From: Terriglobia bacterium
Lineage (GTDB): Bacteria > Acidobacteriota > Terriglobia > JAJPHL01
Direction of reading: 5' to 3'
Assembly: GCA_021325275.1 (NCBI GenBank)
Contig: JAJPHL010000070.1
Span: 3,387 to 67,386, forward strand
Length of the DNA stretch: 64,000 nt
Below, in pieces: positions 18,618 to 30,718 of this stretch; position 1 is the stretch's first letter, and every line of letters starts with the position of its first letter. The translations under genes and the position numbers were made by a program. The notes under the pieces were generated by a model. The model worked only from the letters and a program-made list of their open reading frames with translations, was not told where the DNA came from and made no database searches.

Positions 18618-20486
18618 ATGACGTTGCGCCGAATTCTTCTCGTGAGCGCCGTGTTGACGAGCGCCTCGTTGCTTGAGCCGTCGCTCGCAGGTCAAGGCGC
18701 CCCGCGCGGCCCAGGCCCGCCCCCCAGCCAAGCTACGCTCGAAGTACACGTCGCCGAAGCAGGCGGCGGACCGATCGGTCAAGCGGAAGTGAAGCTGTTT
18801 TCCGTCTATCAACCGGGTGGCTTGGCCCAGACGATCGGCGTCGGTGGATCGACCACATTCATCACGCTGGAAGGCAACTACAAGATCGAAGTTCGCGCCG
18901 CGAGTTACCGCCTGGCGCAAGAGGATGTGCTAGTGATGGGCAGCGGCACGACGCATTGTTATGTCGAGATGCGCCGCGACGACGGCTCGTCACCGCAAAA
19001 GGCATCCGACAAGCCGCGCATGCCGGAAGTGAAAGGCAAATCGCGCCAGGAGCTCGACAAAGCAATGGCGGCGATACGCGCGAATCAAATGGCCGAGGCG
19101 CAAAAGCATCTCGACTACGCGCTCAAGCACGCGAAAGACAATCCCGAGGTGCAGTACACCGCCGCGCTCTATGCCCTCGCCGTCAACGATCAAAACGGCG
19201 CGAAGACGTATCTCGACGCCGCCGTGACGCTCTTCCCCGACTACGCCGCGGCCCAGACCGTGCTCGCGGGAATCCTGCTGCAACAGGGAAAGGTGGAGGA
19301 CGCGATCCCGCATTTGCAGAAAGCGGTCGCCGTGGAACCGAATTTGTGGCGCGCTCATCGTTTCTTGAGTGAAGCGTATCTGCGCGCGAATCACGATTTG
19401 GACAAATCGAAATTTCACGCGCAGCGCGCGCTGGAATTGGGGAAGGACAAAGCCACGGGAACGGAATTAGTGCTGGCCTGGGCAGAAGCCGCCGCCGGAA
19501 ACCGAGAGGACGGACGCAAAGTGCTGGAAGCGTTCGCACACGATCATCCCTCGCATCCCGACGCCGACCGCGCGCGCAAGCTGGCCGCCGGGCCGCCGTT
19601 CGCCGCCGACGCCGTGCGCCCCGCCGCGCAGCCGGTCGCCGCTCTCGCTCCTCCACCGGCCGCCGCGCTGGTCGCGGACGTTCCCACGGGACCGATCCGC
19701 CGGATGCCGGCCTTGATCGATGCGCTCGTTCCGCCGGTCGAGCCCGGTGTCGCGTGCTCGCTGCCGGAGGTTCTCCGCGGAGCCGCGCAGCGCTCCGCCG
19801 AGTTTACCGACGCACTTCAGCGTTTTTCAGCCAACGAGGAATTTGTCCACGACGATCTCGATCAGAACGGCGCGGTGCGGAAATCCTACACCGGTACGTT
19901 TCAATATCTGGCAGCCCTGAAATGGCCGCGCCCCGACCTGATGGTCGTAAACGAAGTGCGCAGCGGCGCGACGCCGCCAACCAGCATGCCGGTGCCGTTT
20001 GTCACCGAAGGACTGCCTTCGATCGGACTCATCTTTCACGAAGCCCACGCCAAGAATTTCAATTTCACGTGCGAAGGCTTGGGACACTGGCGCGGACAGC
20101 CCGCGTGGCAAGTGCGCTTCGAGCAGCGCATGGATCGTCCCGCGCGGATCCACGATTGGTCGGAGAAAGGGCAAATCTATCCGACCATCTTGAAGGGACG
20201 CGCTTGGATCGCCTCCGGGTCATACCACGTGCTGCGCGTGGAGACGGATTTGGTGAAACCAATTCCCGAATTGCGCCTCGAACTGCATCACATGACGATC
20301 GAGTACACGCGCGTGACGGCGTCGAATGGAAAGGAACTGTGGCTGCCGTCGTACGCCGAGGTTTTCTCGCGCTTCCGCGGACGTTTCTTCCGCCAGCAAC
20401 ACGATTTCGGAAATTTCGTGCTGTTCAGCGTGGACGCTGGGGAAAAGATCAAGGAACCACCGCCCGAAAAACCGCAGCAGCCCTAG
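18618..20486 (+). CDS. Exported TPR-repeat protein with C-terminal beta-rich domain
   Basis: Signal peptide, Ig-like N-domain, TPR repeats, C-terminal LKGRAWI...VLRVETDL...ELWLP. Confidence 0.75.
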   Translation: MTLRRILLVSAVLTSASLLEPSLAGQGAPRGPGPPPSQATLEVHVAEAGGGPIGQAEVKLFSVYQPGGLAQTIGVGGSTTFITLEGNYKIEVRAASYRLAQEDVLVMGSGTTHCYVEMRRDDGSSPQKASDKPRMPEVKGKSRQELDKAMAAIRANQMAEAQKHLDYALKHAKDNPEVQYTAALYALAVNDQNGAKTYLDAAVTLFPDYAAAQTVLAGILLQQGKVEDAIPHLQKAVAVEPNLWRAHRFLSEAYLRANHDLDKSKFHAQRALELGKDKATGTELVLAWAEAAAGNREDGRKVLEAFAHDHPSHPDADRARKLAAGPPFAADAVRPAAQPVAALAPPPAAALVADVPTGPIRRMPALIDALVPPVEPGVACSLPEVLRGAAQRSAEFTDALQRFSANEEFVHDDLDQNGAVRKSYTGTFQYLAALKWPRPDLMVVNEVRSGATPPTSMPVPFVTEGLPSIGLIFHEAHAKNFNFTCEGLGHWRGQPAWQVRFEQRMDRPARIHDWSEKGQIYPTILKGRAWIASGSYHVLRVETDLVKPIPELRLELHHMTIEYTRVTASNGKELWLPSYAEVFSRFRGRFFRQQHDFGNFVLFSVDAGEKIKEPPPEKPQQP

Positions 20487-20872
20487 TTCAAGACGTGGAA
20501 GCCTGCGGGCGTAGTGGGGCGCTCTTTCACCGCGATCACTTCACCGGACTCGAGCATCGCGCAACCACCTTCCGCCAGCACGCGCTCCACTTCCTTCATC
20601 GGCAAGTCGCGATTCCCGAGGATCACGTGGGAGAAAAAATCTTCCTTCCAGGGAATCTCGCCGCGGTCGCTGGTGACGAACATTGCGTTATCGAGATCGC
20701 GATGCGCCGCGCGCGCCGCGCGAACATGATCGTCCGATGAGTCGAGACCGACAACGATGCCGAGGGGCACTTTTGCGGCGAGCTCACCGACAAGAACACC
20801 GTTGCCGCACGGATAGTGAAGCACACGATCGTGGGGAGACAGCGAGAGGGCGGTGAGATCCATCTGAACCAT
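20483..20872 (-). CDS. Short class I SAM methyltransferase-like protein (start uncertain)
   Basis: VLHYPCGNG (motif I-like), VVGLDSS, IPWKEDFFS, EVERVLAEGG. Confidence 0.65.
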   Translation of the reverse strand: MVQMDLTALSLSPHDRVLHYPCGNGVLVGELAAKVPLGIVVGLDSSDDHVRAARAAHRDLDNAMFVTSDRGEIPWKEDFFSHVILGNRDLPMKEVERVLAEGGCAMLESGEVIAVKERPTTPAGFHVLN

Positions 20873-20939
20873 TTCAATCACAACCGCCCCCACGCTCACA
20901 AGAAGAAACCTTCCCGGCGTGCGGATTTCACCGGAACGG

Positions 20940-22124
20940 CTAGCGACTCCGCCGGCGCCGCCATCCAAACAAGAGTCCCGATCCTAGCAGCAGGAGCGTC
21001 GCCGGTTCAGGAACGCTGGTTTCCTGCGCCGCAGGTGTTGCAACGATGATGGCCGTTTCGCTTTGGCCGCCGATGTCCGGGGAACCGAGAGACGCCCAGA
21101 AAACGAGCTGGCCATTGTCGTTCAAACCGTTGTTGAAGAACAACACGTCCGAGACGGTTAAACCGAACAAGCTGTCGCCTGTGCCAACGACAAAATCAGA
21201 CAAGCTGGCCGGCCCGCCGTTCGGATCGAAGAACAGCGCGCTGCCGGCGTTACCAGTCAGCAGGAATGCGGCGTCCCCGTTGTCATTTACATTACCGTCG
21301 AGCGCCGAGCTGTACCCAGGGAAGTTGCCGATATCAGCCACCGTGGACAAACCGCCGGCGTTCGTGAAAACACCGTCGCTAACGTTGTTGTAATCCTGGC
21401 CGGCCCAGCCGATCACGCTACCCGTATCGCTGATCGAAGCGCCTCCCACACCGGAAAAAGTAGGGTTGCCAGAAGTGGTGGCCACGGTCGTCAGTGCGCC
21501 GCCATTCCCAGTGAAAACCGACTCTCCTCCGCCGTTCAACGAAGCTTGAAACGCCACCAGCCCACTACTATCGATCGCGACTCCTTGGTCGAACGAGATC
21601 CCTCCGGCGCTGGAGTTTGAGGCGATGGTTGTCGTGGTGGTGCCGTCACTCGCAATGACGGAACTGACGTTGCCGGCCAGCGATTGGAAAAAGGCCACAA
21701 CCCCTGCGTCGTTGATCGACAACCCATCGCCGAGCGTGCGCTGTGAAGGCCCGGAAATCACGGTGGTCGTGGTACCGTCTCCAGCGAGAACGCTGGCATT
21801 TCCGCCTCCGTTTAGAACCGGATAGGCGACCAGTCCGTTGTTGTTGATATCCGGGTTGCCTAAGCCGTTCCCACTGCTGGTGGCAATGGTCGTCGAAGTA
21901 ACGCCATTCGAAGCAATGATCGAATTCGAGCCGTTGCCTTGAACCCAATAGGCAACCGTGCCGGAATTGTTGATGGCCGGCCGCTGCCCAAGAAGGCACT
22001 CGGCGGCGACGGGGCCACACGTGGCAATCGCCGTGAATGTGAAGGATTCAGCGAACGTCATCGGGGCGGCGATAGCAACCAGCCCCAGGACCAGAAACCC
22101 ATAGCGCAATCTAAAAGCCGTCAT
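20940..22124 (-). CDS. PEP-CTERM surface protein with IN(N/D)xGxVAF-type repeats
   Basis: Signal peptide; repeats INNSGTVAY, INNNGLVAY, INDAGVVAF, LNDNGQLVF; C-terminal VPEPATLLLLGSGLLFGWRRRRSR; GGAGG SD. Confidence 0.92.
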   Translation of the reverse strand: MTAFRLRYGFLVLGLVAIAAPMTFAESFTFTAIATCGPVAAECLLGQRPAINNSGTVAYWVQGNGSNSIIASNGVTSTTIATSSGNGLGNPDINNNGLVAYPVLNGGGNASVLAGDGTTTTVISGPSQRTLGDGLSINDAGVVAFFQSLAGNVSSVIASDGTTTTTIASNSSAGGISFDQGVAIDSSGLVAFQASLNGGGESVFTGNGGALTTVATTSGNPTFSGVGGASISDTGSVIGWAGQDYNNVSDGVFTNAGGLSTVADIGNFPGYSSALDGNVNDNGDAAFLLTGNAGSALFFDPNGGPASLSDFVVGTGDSLFGLTVSDVLFFNNGLNDNGQLVFWASLGSPDIGGQSETAIIVATPAAQETSVPEPATLLLLGSGLLFGWRRRRSR

Positions 22125-22282
22125 GTTATCGACCTCCAAGGTAAGACTTCCAACATAGTCCACCGCAAGTTGCGGGGACGGCATTGAGAATGGCCGATTC
22201 GGCCCCGCGAAGTAAGGGAAAACAACCGTAAGAACGTTGAAATTTTGCTGAAAGAAAGGTTTTCTACGTCGGACACCAGTCT

Positions 22283-22363
22283 GAAACCACAAAAGACACA
22301 AAGGACACAAAGAAAACCTCGTTAGCCGACCTAACTGGTTTTCTTTGTGTCCTTTGTGTCTTT

Positions 22364-22370
<7 letters not shown>
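22283..22370. repeat. Long intergenic inverted repeat (hairpin element, copy 1)
   Basis: GAAACCACAAAAGACACAAAGGACACAAAGAAAACC - 18 nt - GGTTTTCTTTGTGTCCTTTGTGTCTTTGTGGTTC. Confidence 0.9.
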
Positions 22371-23870
<1,500 letters not shown>

Positions 23871-24314
23871 TTAGTTCGGCCGCTGCCGCCGTATGTTTTC
23901 GAGCAACTTGGCGTCCACCGGCTTGCGCCCGGCGAATCCTTCTTCGATGTCGTGCCAGAAACCGATGCGCGGCTCGCCGATTTTCCAGCAAAGATACACT
24001 TCGTGATCCTCTACCAGGCAGGGAAAATCCACCAAGCCCGTGTCGAGGTCCTTCAGCAACACGCCGCTCTCTTGAAATTTCTTTAAGCCAGCTTCCAGTG
24101 AGGCCAGCGATTTGTCTTTTTCCGATTTGTGGCGGGATAGCGCGGCGTGATCGGGAATCATACCGCCGGACATCATGACTTTCGTCCGCGCTTGGCTGAT
24201 GAACTCTTCGGCGTCCATGGCGGCTTGCCGGGAATCCTGGATTGCGCGCAGCATTTGCTCCACGCGCGGCAGCATTTCCTCGGCTTCGTCGTAGCTGAAG
24301 AATCGATCGGCCAT
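23871..24314 (-). CDS. DUF2203-family protein
   Basis: LKDLDTGLVDFP...VYLCWKIGEPRIGFWH..EGFAGRKP. Confidence 0.88.
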   Translation of the reverse strand: MADRFFSYDEAEEMLPRVEQMLRAIQDSRQAAMDAEEFISQARTKVMMSGGMIPDHAALSRHKSEKDKSLASLEAGLKKFQESGVLLKDLDTGLVDFPCLVEDHEVYLCWKIGEPRIGFWHDIEEGFAGRKPVDAKLLENIRRQRPN

Positions 24315-24382
24315 GGAGCTATTGTAGCAGGAAGTAGCACTCGACGACGCGGGGCGTTCCGCGTCCAGCAGCGGTGCACAGG

Positions 24383-25180
24383 CTATTCCAATTTCGCATC
24401 GAGCAAGGCCAGGTACACAGCAACCAAGCGATATGTGGCGTAGTAGTCGTCGAAACGCAGCACCTTCATGGTGTCGTCAGTCCGGTGCACTACGCGCCAG
24501 GTGTCAGCCGTCAGCGAGTGAATCGTGATCGCAGGAATGTGCGCATTACGAAACGGCTCGGAATCCGTGCGGCCTGCACTGTCTGTGTTTACGCCTTGTA
24601 GCGGTGAGCCAGTGGAGTTCGCCGCTGACGTTAGCAACTGAAGCAACCGGGGATCAGCGTGGCCCGCCCAAACCTTGGTCGGTGCAAGACCCAGCGTGTC
24701 CAAATTGACCATTGCGCGAACTGCGCCTGCCTGCTGGCTAGTGAGGTTCTTGACGTAAGACTCCGAGCCAATCTGGCGGCTCTCTTCGTCGGTAAATCCC
24801 ACGAACACGAACGTGTGATGGCGCTGGCCCGAGTTCAGGCTTTCGTAAAGACTCGGCAACAATGAGGCGCCACTCCAGTTGTCCAGCACATGACCCCTCG
24901 ACGAGAAATCGAAGTGCGAGCCGACGACAATTTGCTCGGGAACCTCGCCCGGCAGCACACAAACTAAGTTGGGCACCTTCTGGCGTTTCACCGGCTGCTC
25001 AGACAAGTCCTTGCAGCCGGATTCCCTGAACAATACTTTGAGCGCCGCTTCGCGCTTGGCGTCATCGTCGCCGCGTTGACGCAAACGCGCCTGGATCACC
25101 GGTCTTTCAAGAGGAGTGAATTGGAGTTGGACCTGCTGCCAGGCAAACAACAGCAGCAAGAGGAAACATGCGCTACTCAA
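24383..25180 (-). CDS. M28-family metallopeptidase, exported
   Basis: GSHFD, DNWSG, TDEE, NLDTLG, VHRTDD metal-ligand motifs. Confidence 0.85.
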   Translation of the reverse strand: MSSACFLLLLLFAWQQVQLQFTPLERPVIQARLRQRGDDDAKREAALKVLFRESGCKDLSEQPVKRQKVPNLVCVLPGEVPEQIVVGSHFDFSSRGHVLDNWSGASLLPSLYESLNSGQRHHTFVFVGFTDEESRQIGSESYVKNLTSQQAGAVRAMVNLDTLGLAPTKVWAGHADPRLLQLLTSAANSTGSPLQGVNTDSAGRTDSEPFRNAHIPAITIHSLTADTWRVVHRTDDTMKVLRFDDYYATYRLVAVYLALLDAKLE

Positions 25181-27035
25181 CCGGCAAAGACCCCGTGTTA
25201 CTCACGCGACTTCCTGAACCCACCACCACCGGGACCTCACCGCGCACGCCCGCGGGCACACGCACCACAATCGCGCTGACGCCGTCTTGCGGCGCGCTCA
25301 CCGCAATGACCTGCGCCCCAACTCCGCCAATGGAAACTTCAACGTCCGACGTTTGCGGATTCACACCGAGTCCCGAAAGATGCAAGCGCAACAGATCGCC
25401 GGAATGCGCGGGATTCCCGCCGCCGACCACCGATTGGTCCGACGCCCGCTCGGCGACCACCGTTCCGCGGCCATCTTCGGACAGCGTGAACAATCCCGGC
25501 GCGGTCGCCACAACTTGGGCGGTGATTGCGACGCCGGGGCGTCCCAAATTCTCCACCGTAATTTGCGCGGGACCCAGCGGCGTGTCGTTGGGAATCAGGA
25601 AATTCACTTGTTCCGGCGACGCGTAGAGGATTCGCGCGGCGACCCCGTTCACCATCACTTGCGCGCCGGCCAAGGTCGTGAGCGATCCTGTCGCGGCCGC
25701 CGCATCACCCGCGAGTTGCGAGCCGAGCACCGTGACCACCGATCCCGGCGCGATCGCCTCATTTTCTCCGAGCGACGCCGCGTTCATCACGCCGCGGCGG
25801 TCCGGTTTCGGCTCGAGCGGACGCAGCACGTACAAACCGAAATTGATGTCGCTCGCCACCACCAAATTCCGTTCCGGCTGTGTCACCACGCTCCAAACTT
25901 GCGCCTTGTTTCCGAAGACGCCGTATGGATCGGGCGTATCGGGCGGCACATACGACGCCACTTCTCGCGGTGCGCGTGGGTCGCCGAGATCCACCACGCG
26001 GACGCCATCGCTGTACCAGGAAAGATAGCCATAGGCGCCATCGAGGCGCGCGTCGCGAATGCTGTAGACGCCCGAATCGGCCGGGCCATTGGTGCGATCG
26101 GTGTGCGCGTTCGCCGTGAGAAACGCGCTAACTTGGCGCGGTCGCGCGGGATCGGCCACGTCGTAAACACGCAAGTATCCCCAGTCGCCGTAACCTTCGC
26201 TGCCCGATCCTGGATCGAGCTGCTCACTTGCTTCGAGCATCAACCGATTGTCGCGCGACACCGCGACGCTGTGCGCCGGCGATTCCCCGGCCGCCGCCGC
26301 GTCGGTGCGTCCAACGATCCGCGGATTCGTGGGATCGGAAATGTCGAGCAGTATCACGCCCGCATTCCAGTAGGAAACGTAGGCGAGTTGTCCGTCGGAA
26401 GATCCGCGCACGCTTGGCGCAAATTTTGAGGACGACGGGGCTTCCGGTAAGGTCCAGTCGGAGAGTTGGCGCGGGTGGGTCGGATCGGTGGCATCGACGA
26501 TCCGCACGCGCGTCATGGTCGCGAGCAGCATTAGGACGCGCCCGTCGGAGCGTCCTGTAACAAGATCAAGCTCATGAACGCCGCGGCTTTCCGATCCCGT
26601 ATCGAAAAATGAAAGCAAATGCGGATTGCGCGGATCGCTTACGTCGTACAATTCCGCGCCGCGACGCGCAGCCGTCTGCGTTCCCCGGCAGCTTTCGAGT
26701 CCTACGGCCAGAAGATCGCCGCGAAACGCCCCGCGATCGACGGGACGCACCACAACATCTTCGGTGCTGGTGTTGGGATATGCGGCAAGACGCTGGATCA
26801 ATCGTGGAGTCGAGGGCGCTGTGAGATCGACCACTTTCACGCCGAGTCCAGGACACGCTGTTGGCGTTCCCCACGTGCCGACGTACGCGGTGTTGCGCTC
26901 CACCCACACCCCAGCGTTGAAGCCGGGACCAAGCGGCAGTTGCCCCACCAGCTCCAAATTGTGGATTTCAGGAGCTGCCCAGGCAGTAGCGCAAAAAACC
27001 CCAGCGGCCACGCACACCTTTAGCCAGGACCGCAT
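25173..27035 (-). CDS. LVIVD-repeat beta-propeller protein with Solibacter-type C-terminal IPT domain
   Basis: Repeats VKVVDLTAPSTP, ILLDISDPTNP, VRVVDLGDPRAP; C-domain MNAAS..IAPGSVV..LYASPEQVNFLIP..APGLFT. Confidence 0.85.
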   Translation of the reverse strand: MRSWLKVCVAAGVFCATAWAAPEIHNLELVGQLPLGPGFNAGVWVERNTAYVGTWGTPTACPGLGVKVVDLTAPSTPRLIQRLAAYPNTSTEDVVVRPVDRGAFRGDLLAVGLESCRGTQTAARRGAELYDVSDPRNPHLLSFFDTGSESRGVHELDLVTGRSDGRVLMLLATMTRVRIVDATDPTHPRQLSDWTLPEAPSSSKFAPSVRGSSDGQLAYVSYWNAGVILLDISDPTNPRIVGRTDAAAAGESPAHSVAVSRDNRLMLEASEQLDPGSGSEGYGDWGYLRVYDVADPARPRQVSAFLTANAHTDRTNGPADSGVYSIRDARLDGAYGYLSWYSDGVRVVDLGDPRAPREVASYVPPDTPDPYGVFGNKAQVWSVVTQPERNLVVASDINFGLYVLRPLEPKPDRRGVMNAASLGENEAIAPGSVVTVLGSQLAGDAAAATGSLTTLAGAQVMVNGVAARILYASPEQVNFLIPNDTPLGPAQITVENLGRPGVAITAQVVATAPGLFTLSEDGRGTVVAERASDQSVVGGGNPAHSGDLLRLHLSGLGVNPQTSDVEVSIGGVGAQVIAVSAPQDGVSAIVVRVPAGVRGEVPVVVGSGSRVSNTGSLPVE

Positions 27036-27112
27036 AACTTCAGAATACCCCAAAATCGCCTGCTGCAAAACGGGCGTTGGAAAGCTGTACCGTTATGGGT
27101 ATCATCTAGCGC

Positions 27113-27706
27113 ATGCCTGTCAAATCGGACGCCTGGATTATCAAAATGTGCCGCGAGCGCGGCATGATCGAGCCGTTCCTTCCCGAGTTGCTGCGCACCG
27201 TCGAGGGGCGGCGGATCATCAGCGCGGGCGCGTCCAGCTACGGCTACGACATCCGGCTGTCGGCGGAACATGGCTTCAAGATTTTCTCGCCGGTGTACGC
27301 CGGCATCGTCGATCCGAAGCGATTCGACGAACGCACGCTGCTCGACGCGCCGATGTACAAGGACGACGACGGCAGCAAATATTTCCTGATGCCGCCGCAC
27401 AGTTACGCGCTCGGGCTGACAATGGAATACTTCCGCATTCCGCGCGAGGTCCTGGGATTGTGTCACGGCAAAAGCACCTACGCGCGCTGCGGCGTGATCG
27501 TCAACACGACGCCGCTGGAACCGGAATGGGTGGGACACCTGGTGCTCGAGTTTTCCAACTCCAGTGCGACGTCGGTGCGGATTTACGCCGAGGAAGGCGT
27601 GTCGCAAGTGATCTTCCTGGAAGGAAGCGAGATTTGCTCGACCAGTTACGCGGATCGCGCGGGGAAATATCAGGATCAGCGGAAAATCGTGTCCGCGAAG
27701 TTATAG
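27113..27706 (+). CDS. dcd: dCTP deaminase
   Basis: SSYGYDIRL, GKSTYARCG, TPLEPEWVG, YADRAGKYQ. Confidence 0.96.
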   Translation: MPVKSDAWIIKMCRERGMIEPFLPELLRTVEGRRIISAGASSYGYDIRLSAEHGFKIFSPVYAGIVDPKRFDERTLLDAPMYKDDDGSKYFLMPPHSYALGLTMEYFRIPREVLGLCHGKSTYARCGVIVNTTPLEPEWVGHLVLEFSNSSATSVRIYAEEGVSQVIFLEGSEICSTSYADRAGKYQDQRKIVSAKL

Positions 27707-27726
27707 TTTAAGACAAACGGTTTTCT

Positions 27727-27811
27727 TTACCGCAGAGACGCAGAAGCGCAGAGAGAACCTGATTCTCGCGTATGCTTGGTTTTCTCTGCGTCTCTGCGTC
27801 TCTGCGGTGAA
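27727..27811. repeat. Long intergenic inverted repeat (hairpin element, copy 2) between convergent dcd and SDR
   Basis: TTACCGCAGAGACGCAGAAGCGCAGAGAGAACC - 18 nt - GGTTTTCTCTGCGTCTCTGCGTCTCTGCGGTGAA. Confidence 0.9.
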
Positions 27812-27817
27812 AAAACC

Positions 27818-28591
27818 CTATCGGGATCGGAATTTCCTCATTCCACGGAGCCACCTGTCATAATCCGTGGCCTTTCTACGGAAATACTCCGCAACCTCAG
27901 GATGCGGCAGGATCAAGAATCTTTCTTCCGCCAATCCCGCGATGACCGCGTCGGCCAATTCCTCCGGCGAGATCGAGCCATCCTGCAAAAATCCGCCGAC
28001 ACTGGAGCGGGTCCCCTCGCGCATCAACATCGGCGTGCGCACGCCTTGCGGACACAAGCACGACACGCGAATGCCGCGATCGCCGTACGTAATCGCCAGC
28101 CATTCGGCGAACGACACGGCCGCGTGCTTCGTGACCGAGTACGGCGCGGAGTCCGCTTGCGTTAAAAGGCCCGCCGCCGACGCCGTATTCAGCAAGTATC
28201 CTCCGCCGCGCGCCAACATCGAGGGCAGCGCGGCGCGCGCCGCGTACACGTGGGCCATCAAGTTCACTTCCCAGATGCGCTGCCAATCTTCGTTGCTCGC
28301 CTCTTCCCCGCCCCCGATCGCGATGCCGGCGTTCGAGCAGAACAAATCGATTGGTCCGAAACGCTCGATGTTCTCGTTCACGAGTTGCGCGACTTGCGAT
28401 TCATCGCGGACGTCGACGCGCGCCGCGAGGGCGACCGCGCCAATCTCACGTGCGACAGCCGCGGCGCCATCGCCGTTGAAATCCGCGACCACCACAGCGC
28501 GCGCGCCTTCCGCCGCGAATCGCCGCGAAAGAGCCGCGCCAATGCCGCTCGCGCCGCCGGTAACTACCGCAACTTTGCCCGCGAGCTTCAT
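27818..28591 (-). CDS. Short-chain dehydrogenase/reductase
   Basis: [17 protein letters not shown]. Confidence 0.93.
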   Translation of the reverse strand: MKLAGKVAVVTGGASGIGAALSRRFAAEGARAVVVADFNGDGAAAVAREIGAVALAARVDVRDESQVAQLVNENIERFGPIDLFCSNAGIAIGGGEEASNEDWQRIWEVNLMAHVYAARAALPSMLARGGGYLLNTASAAGLLTQADSAPYSVTKHAAVSFAEWLAITYGDRGIRVSCLCPQGVRTPMLMREGTRSSVGGFLQDGSISPEELADAVIAGLAEERFLILPHPEVAEYFRRKATDYDRWLRGMRKFRSR

Positions 28592-28594
28592 GGC

Positions 28595-29407
28595 TTATTT
28601 TCCTGTGAATCGCGGAGCGCGCTTTTCGCGGAAATGCGTGACGCCTTCCTTGAAGTCGTCGCTTTGGAAGCTCGCGAGCATTTCGCGGAAACTCAAATCG
28701 ATCGCGTCACCGAGATTCTGGAAATTCGCTTCGTAGATTTGCCGCTTCATCACCGCCAGCGATCGCGGCGACGTGGTCGCGGCGAGTTCCGCGGCCCAAG
28801 CCTGCACCGCGCCGAGAAAATTTTCCTCCGGCAACACGCGCGACACGAGTCCCGCGAGCAGCGCCTCGGCCGCATCGACATTCCGCGCCGTGAAAGACCA
28901 ATCAATCGTCGCCGGCATGCCGATAATCTTTGGCAAGATCCATGCCAAACCATATTCGGCCACCAGTCCGCGCTTCGAAAAGATCGTCGAGAAGAGCGCT
29001 TTCTCGCTGGCGATGCGAATGTCGCAGTAAAGCGGCAGCACAAAACCAAATCCCACTGCGGGACCATTCACCGCCGCGATGATCGGCTTGGGAATCGAGA
29101 AGAGCCACGCGAGTTTGCGGTGAAAATCCTCGCGGACGCCGGCGTCAAGCTCCACGTGCCCCATGATGTCGGCGCGACGGCCTTGTGTGAGCGCGCTCAG
29201 CAGACTCATGTCCGCGCCGGCGCAGAATCCGCGGCCCGCGCCGGTAAGTACGATCGCGCGGACACGCTCGTCGCGCGCGGCGTCGCGAAACGCTTCACTC
29301 GATTCCTGGTCCATTTTCACAGTCCAGGCATTGAGCTTTTCCGGGCGATTCAGCGTGATCGTCGCGACCTGATCCGATACATCGTAGAGAACCTCATCCC
29401 AAGCCAT
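28595..29407 (-). CDS. Enoyl-CoA hydratase/isomerase family
   Basis: LNRPEKLNA, FCAGADM, KPIIAAVNGPAVG, RGLVAE. Confidence 0.93.
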   Translation of the reverse strand: MAWDEVLYDVSDQVATITLNRPEKLNAWTVKMDQESSEAFRDAARDERVRAIVLTGAGRGFCAGADMSLLSALTQGRRADIMGHVELDAGVREDFHRKLAWLFSIPKPIIAAVNGPAVGFGFVLPLYCDIRIASEKALFSTIFSKRGLVAEYGLAWILPKIIGMPATIDWSFTARNVDAAEALLAGLVSRVLPEENFLGAVQAWAAELAATTSPRSLAVMKRQIYEANFQNLGDAIDLSFREMLASFQSDDFKEGVTHFREKRAPRFTGK

Positions 29408-29459
29408 GGCGGTAGTCTATCGCACGCGCTTAGGATAGACTGAAACATTCAACGATCCA

Positions 29460-30650
29460 ATGAAAGCCGCCACACAACAGATCCTGAACCGCTTCGCTCG
29501 CACCACGGAGGAAGTGTACAACCTCGACGAGTTCCGCGACCGCCTGGAGACGGGACGCCCGCTGAAGGTGAAGTACGGTGTGGACGTCACCGCGCCGTTC
29601 TTGCACATTGGACACGCCGTGAATTTGTGGATGCAGCGCGAAATGCAGGAGCACGGCCACGTGGTGCAATTCCTGATCGGCGATTTCACCACGCGCATCG
29701 GGGATCCCACGGGAAAATCGAAAGTGCGCCCGGTGATTCCACCCGAGCAGATCGAACACAACGCGCAGGAGTTCATCCGTCAGGTTTCCGCGGTTTTGCT
29801 CACCGATCCCGCGGTGTTCGAAGTGCGCCGCAATTCCGATTGGTTCGGCAAGATGCCGGCGGAAGAATTCCTGAAGCTGCTCTCGATGGTGACGCATTCG
29901 AAACTCATCGCCCGCGACATGTTCCAGCGCCGCATCTCCGCCGGCGACGAGATTTATCTGCACGAAATGCTCTATCCCGTGCTGCAGGGCTACGATTCGA
30001 AGATGCTCGAATCGGACCTCACGATCGTCGGAACGGATCAGCTTTTCAACGAACTGATGGGGCGATTCTTTCAGGAACGCTTCGGCCAGCCGCCGCAAGT
30101 GGTGATAACCACGCGCATCACGCCGGGCACCGACGGCATCGAGAAGCAATCGAAGAGCCTGGGCAATTACATCGCACTGGCCGATACGCCGCGCGACAAG
30201 TTTGGCAAGATCATGAGCATTCCGGACGCCTTGATGCTCAGCTACTACGAGGTGTACACGCTCGTGGACTTAGCGGAGCTCGAGCCATTGCGCGCCGCGC
30301 GCATCGACGATCCCATGAGTTGGAAAAAACGGCTGGCGCGCGAGATTGTCGCGCGCTATCACGGCGAGCAAATCGGCGCGCAAGAGGAAGAGTGGTTCAC
30401 CAGCACGTTCTCGAAGAAGACCGCGCCGACCGATGCGCGCGAAGTAAAAGTGACGCCAGGCATGACCTGGATCGAGTTGCTGCGCCGCGAACTGCCGGAT
30501 CGCTCTGCTAGCGAATTGCGACGTTTGGTGCAGCAGGGCGCCGTGCGTCTCGACGGCGAGAAGATCGCGAGCGAAAAGTCGCCGGTGGAGTGGAACGGTG
30601 ATGGCATGGTGAAGGTCGGTAAGTTGACGTGGTTCCGTTTGGTGAGATAA
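29460..30650 (+). CDS. tyrS: Tyrosine-tRNA ligase
   Basis: [32 protein letters not shown]-terminal S4 domain. Confidence 0.95.
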   Translation: MKAATQQILNRFARTTEEVYNLDEFRDRLETGRPLKVKYGVDVTAPFLHIGHAVNLWMQREMQEHGHVVQFLIGDFTTRIGDPTGKSKVRPVIPPEQIEHNAQEFIRQVSAVLLTDPAVFEVRRNSDWFGKMPAEEFLKLLSMVTHSKLIARDMFQRRISAGDEIYLHEMLYPVLQGYDSKMLESDLTIVGTDQLFNELMGRFFQERFGQPPQVVITTRITPGTDGIEKQSKSLGNYIALADTPRDKFGKIMSIPDALMLSYYEVYTLVDLAELEPLRAARIDDPMSWKKRLAREIVARYHGEQIGAQEEEWFTSTFSKKTAPTDAREVKVTPGMTWIELLRRELPDRSASELRRLVQQGAVRLDGEKIASEKSPVEWNGDGMVKVGKLTWFRLVR

Positions 30651-30670
30651 CGCGAAGCGTGGCGGATTGG

Positions 30671-30718
30671 AACACGGAAGGCACGGAAAACAACACACGG
30701 AAGAACGCGGAAAAAACA
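30671..30718. repeat. Single purine-rich arm related to the hairpin elements
   Basis: AACACGGAAGGCACGGAAAACAACACACGGAAGAACGCGGAA; no complementary arm found nearby. Confidence 0.55.
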
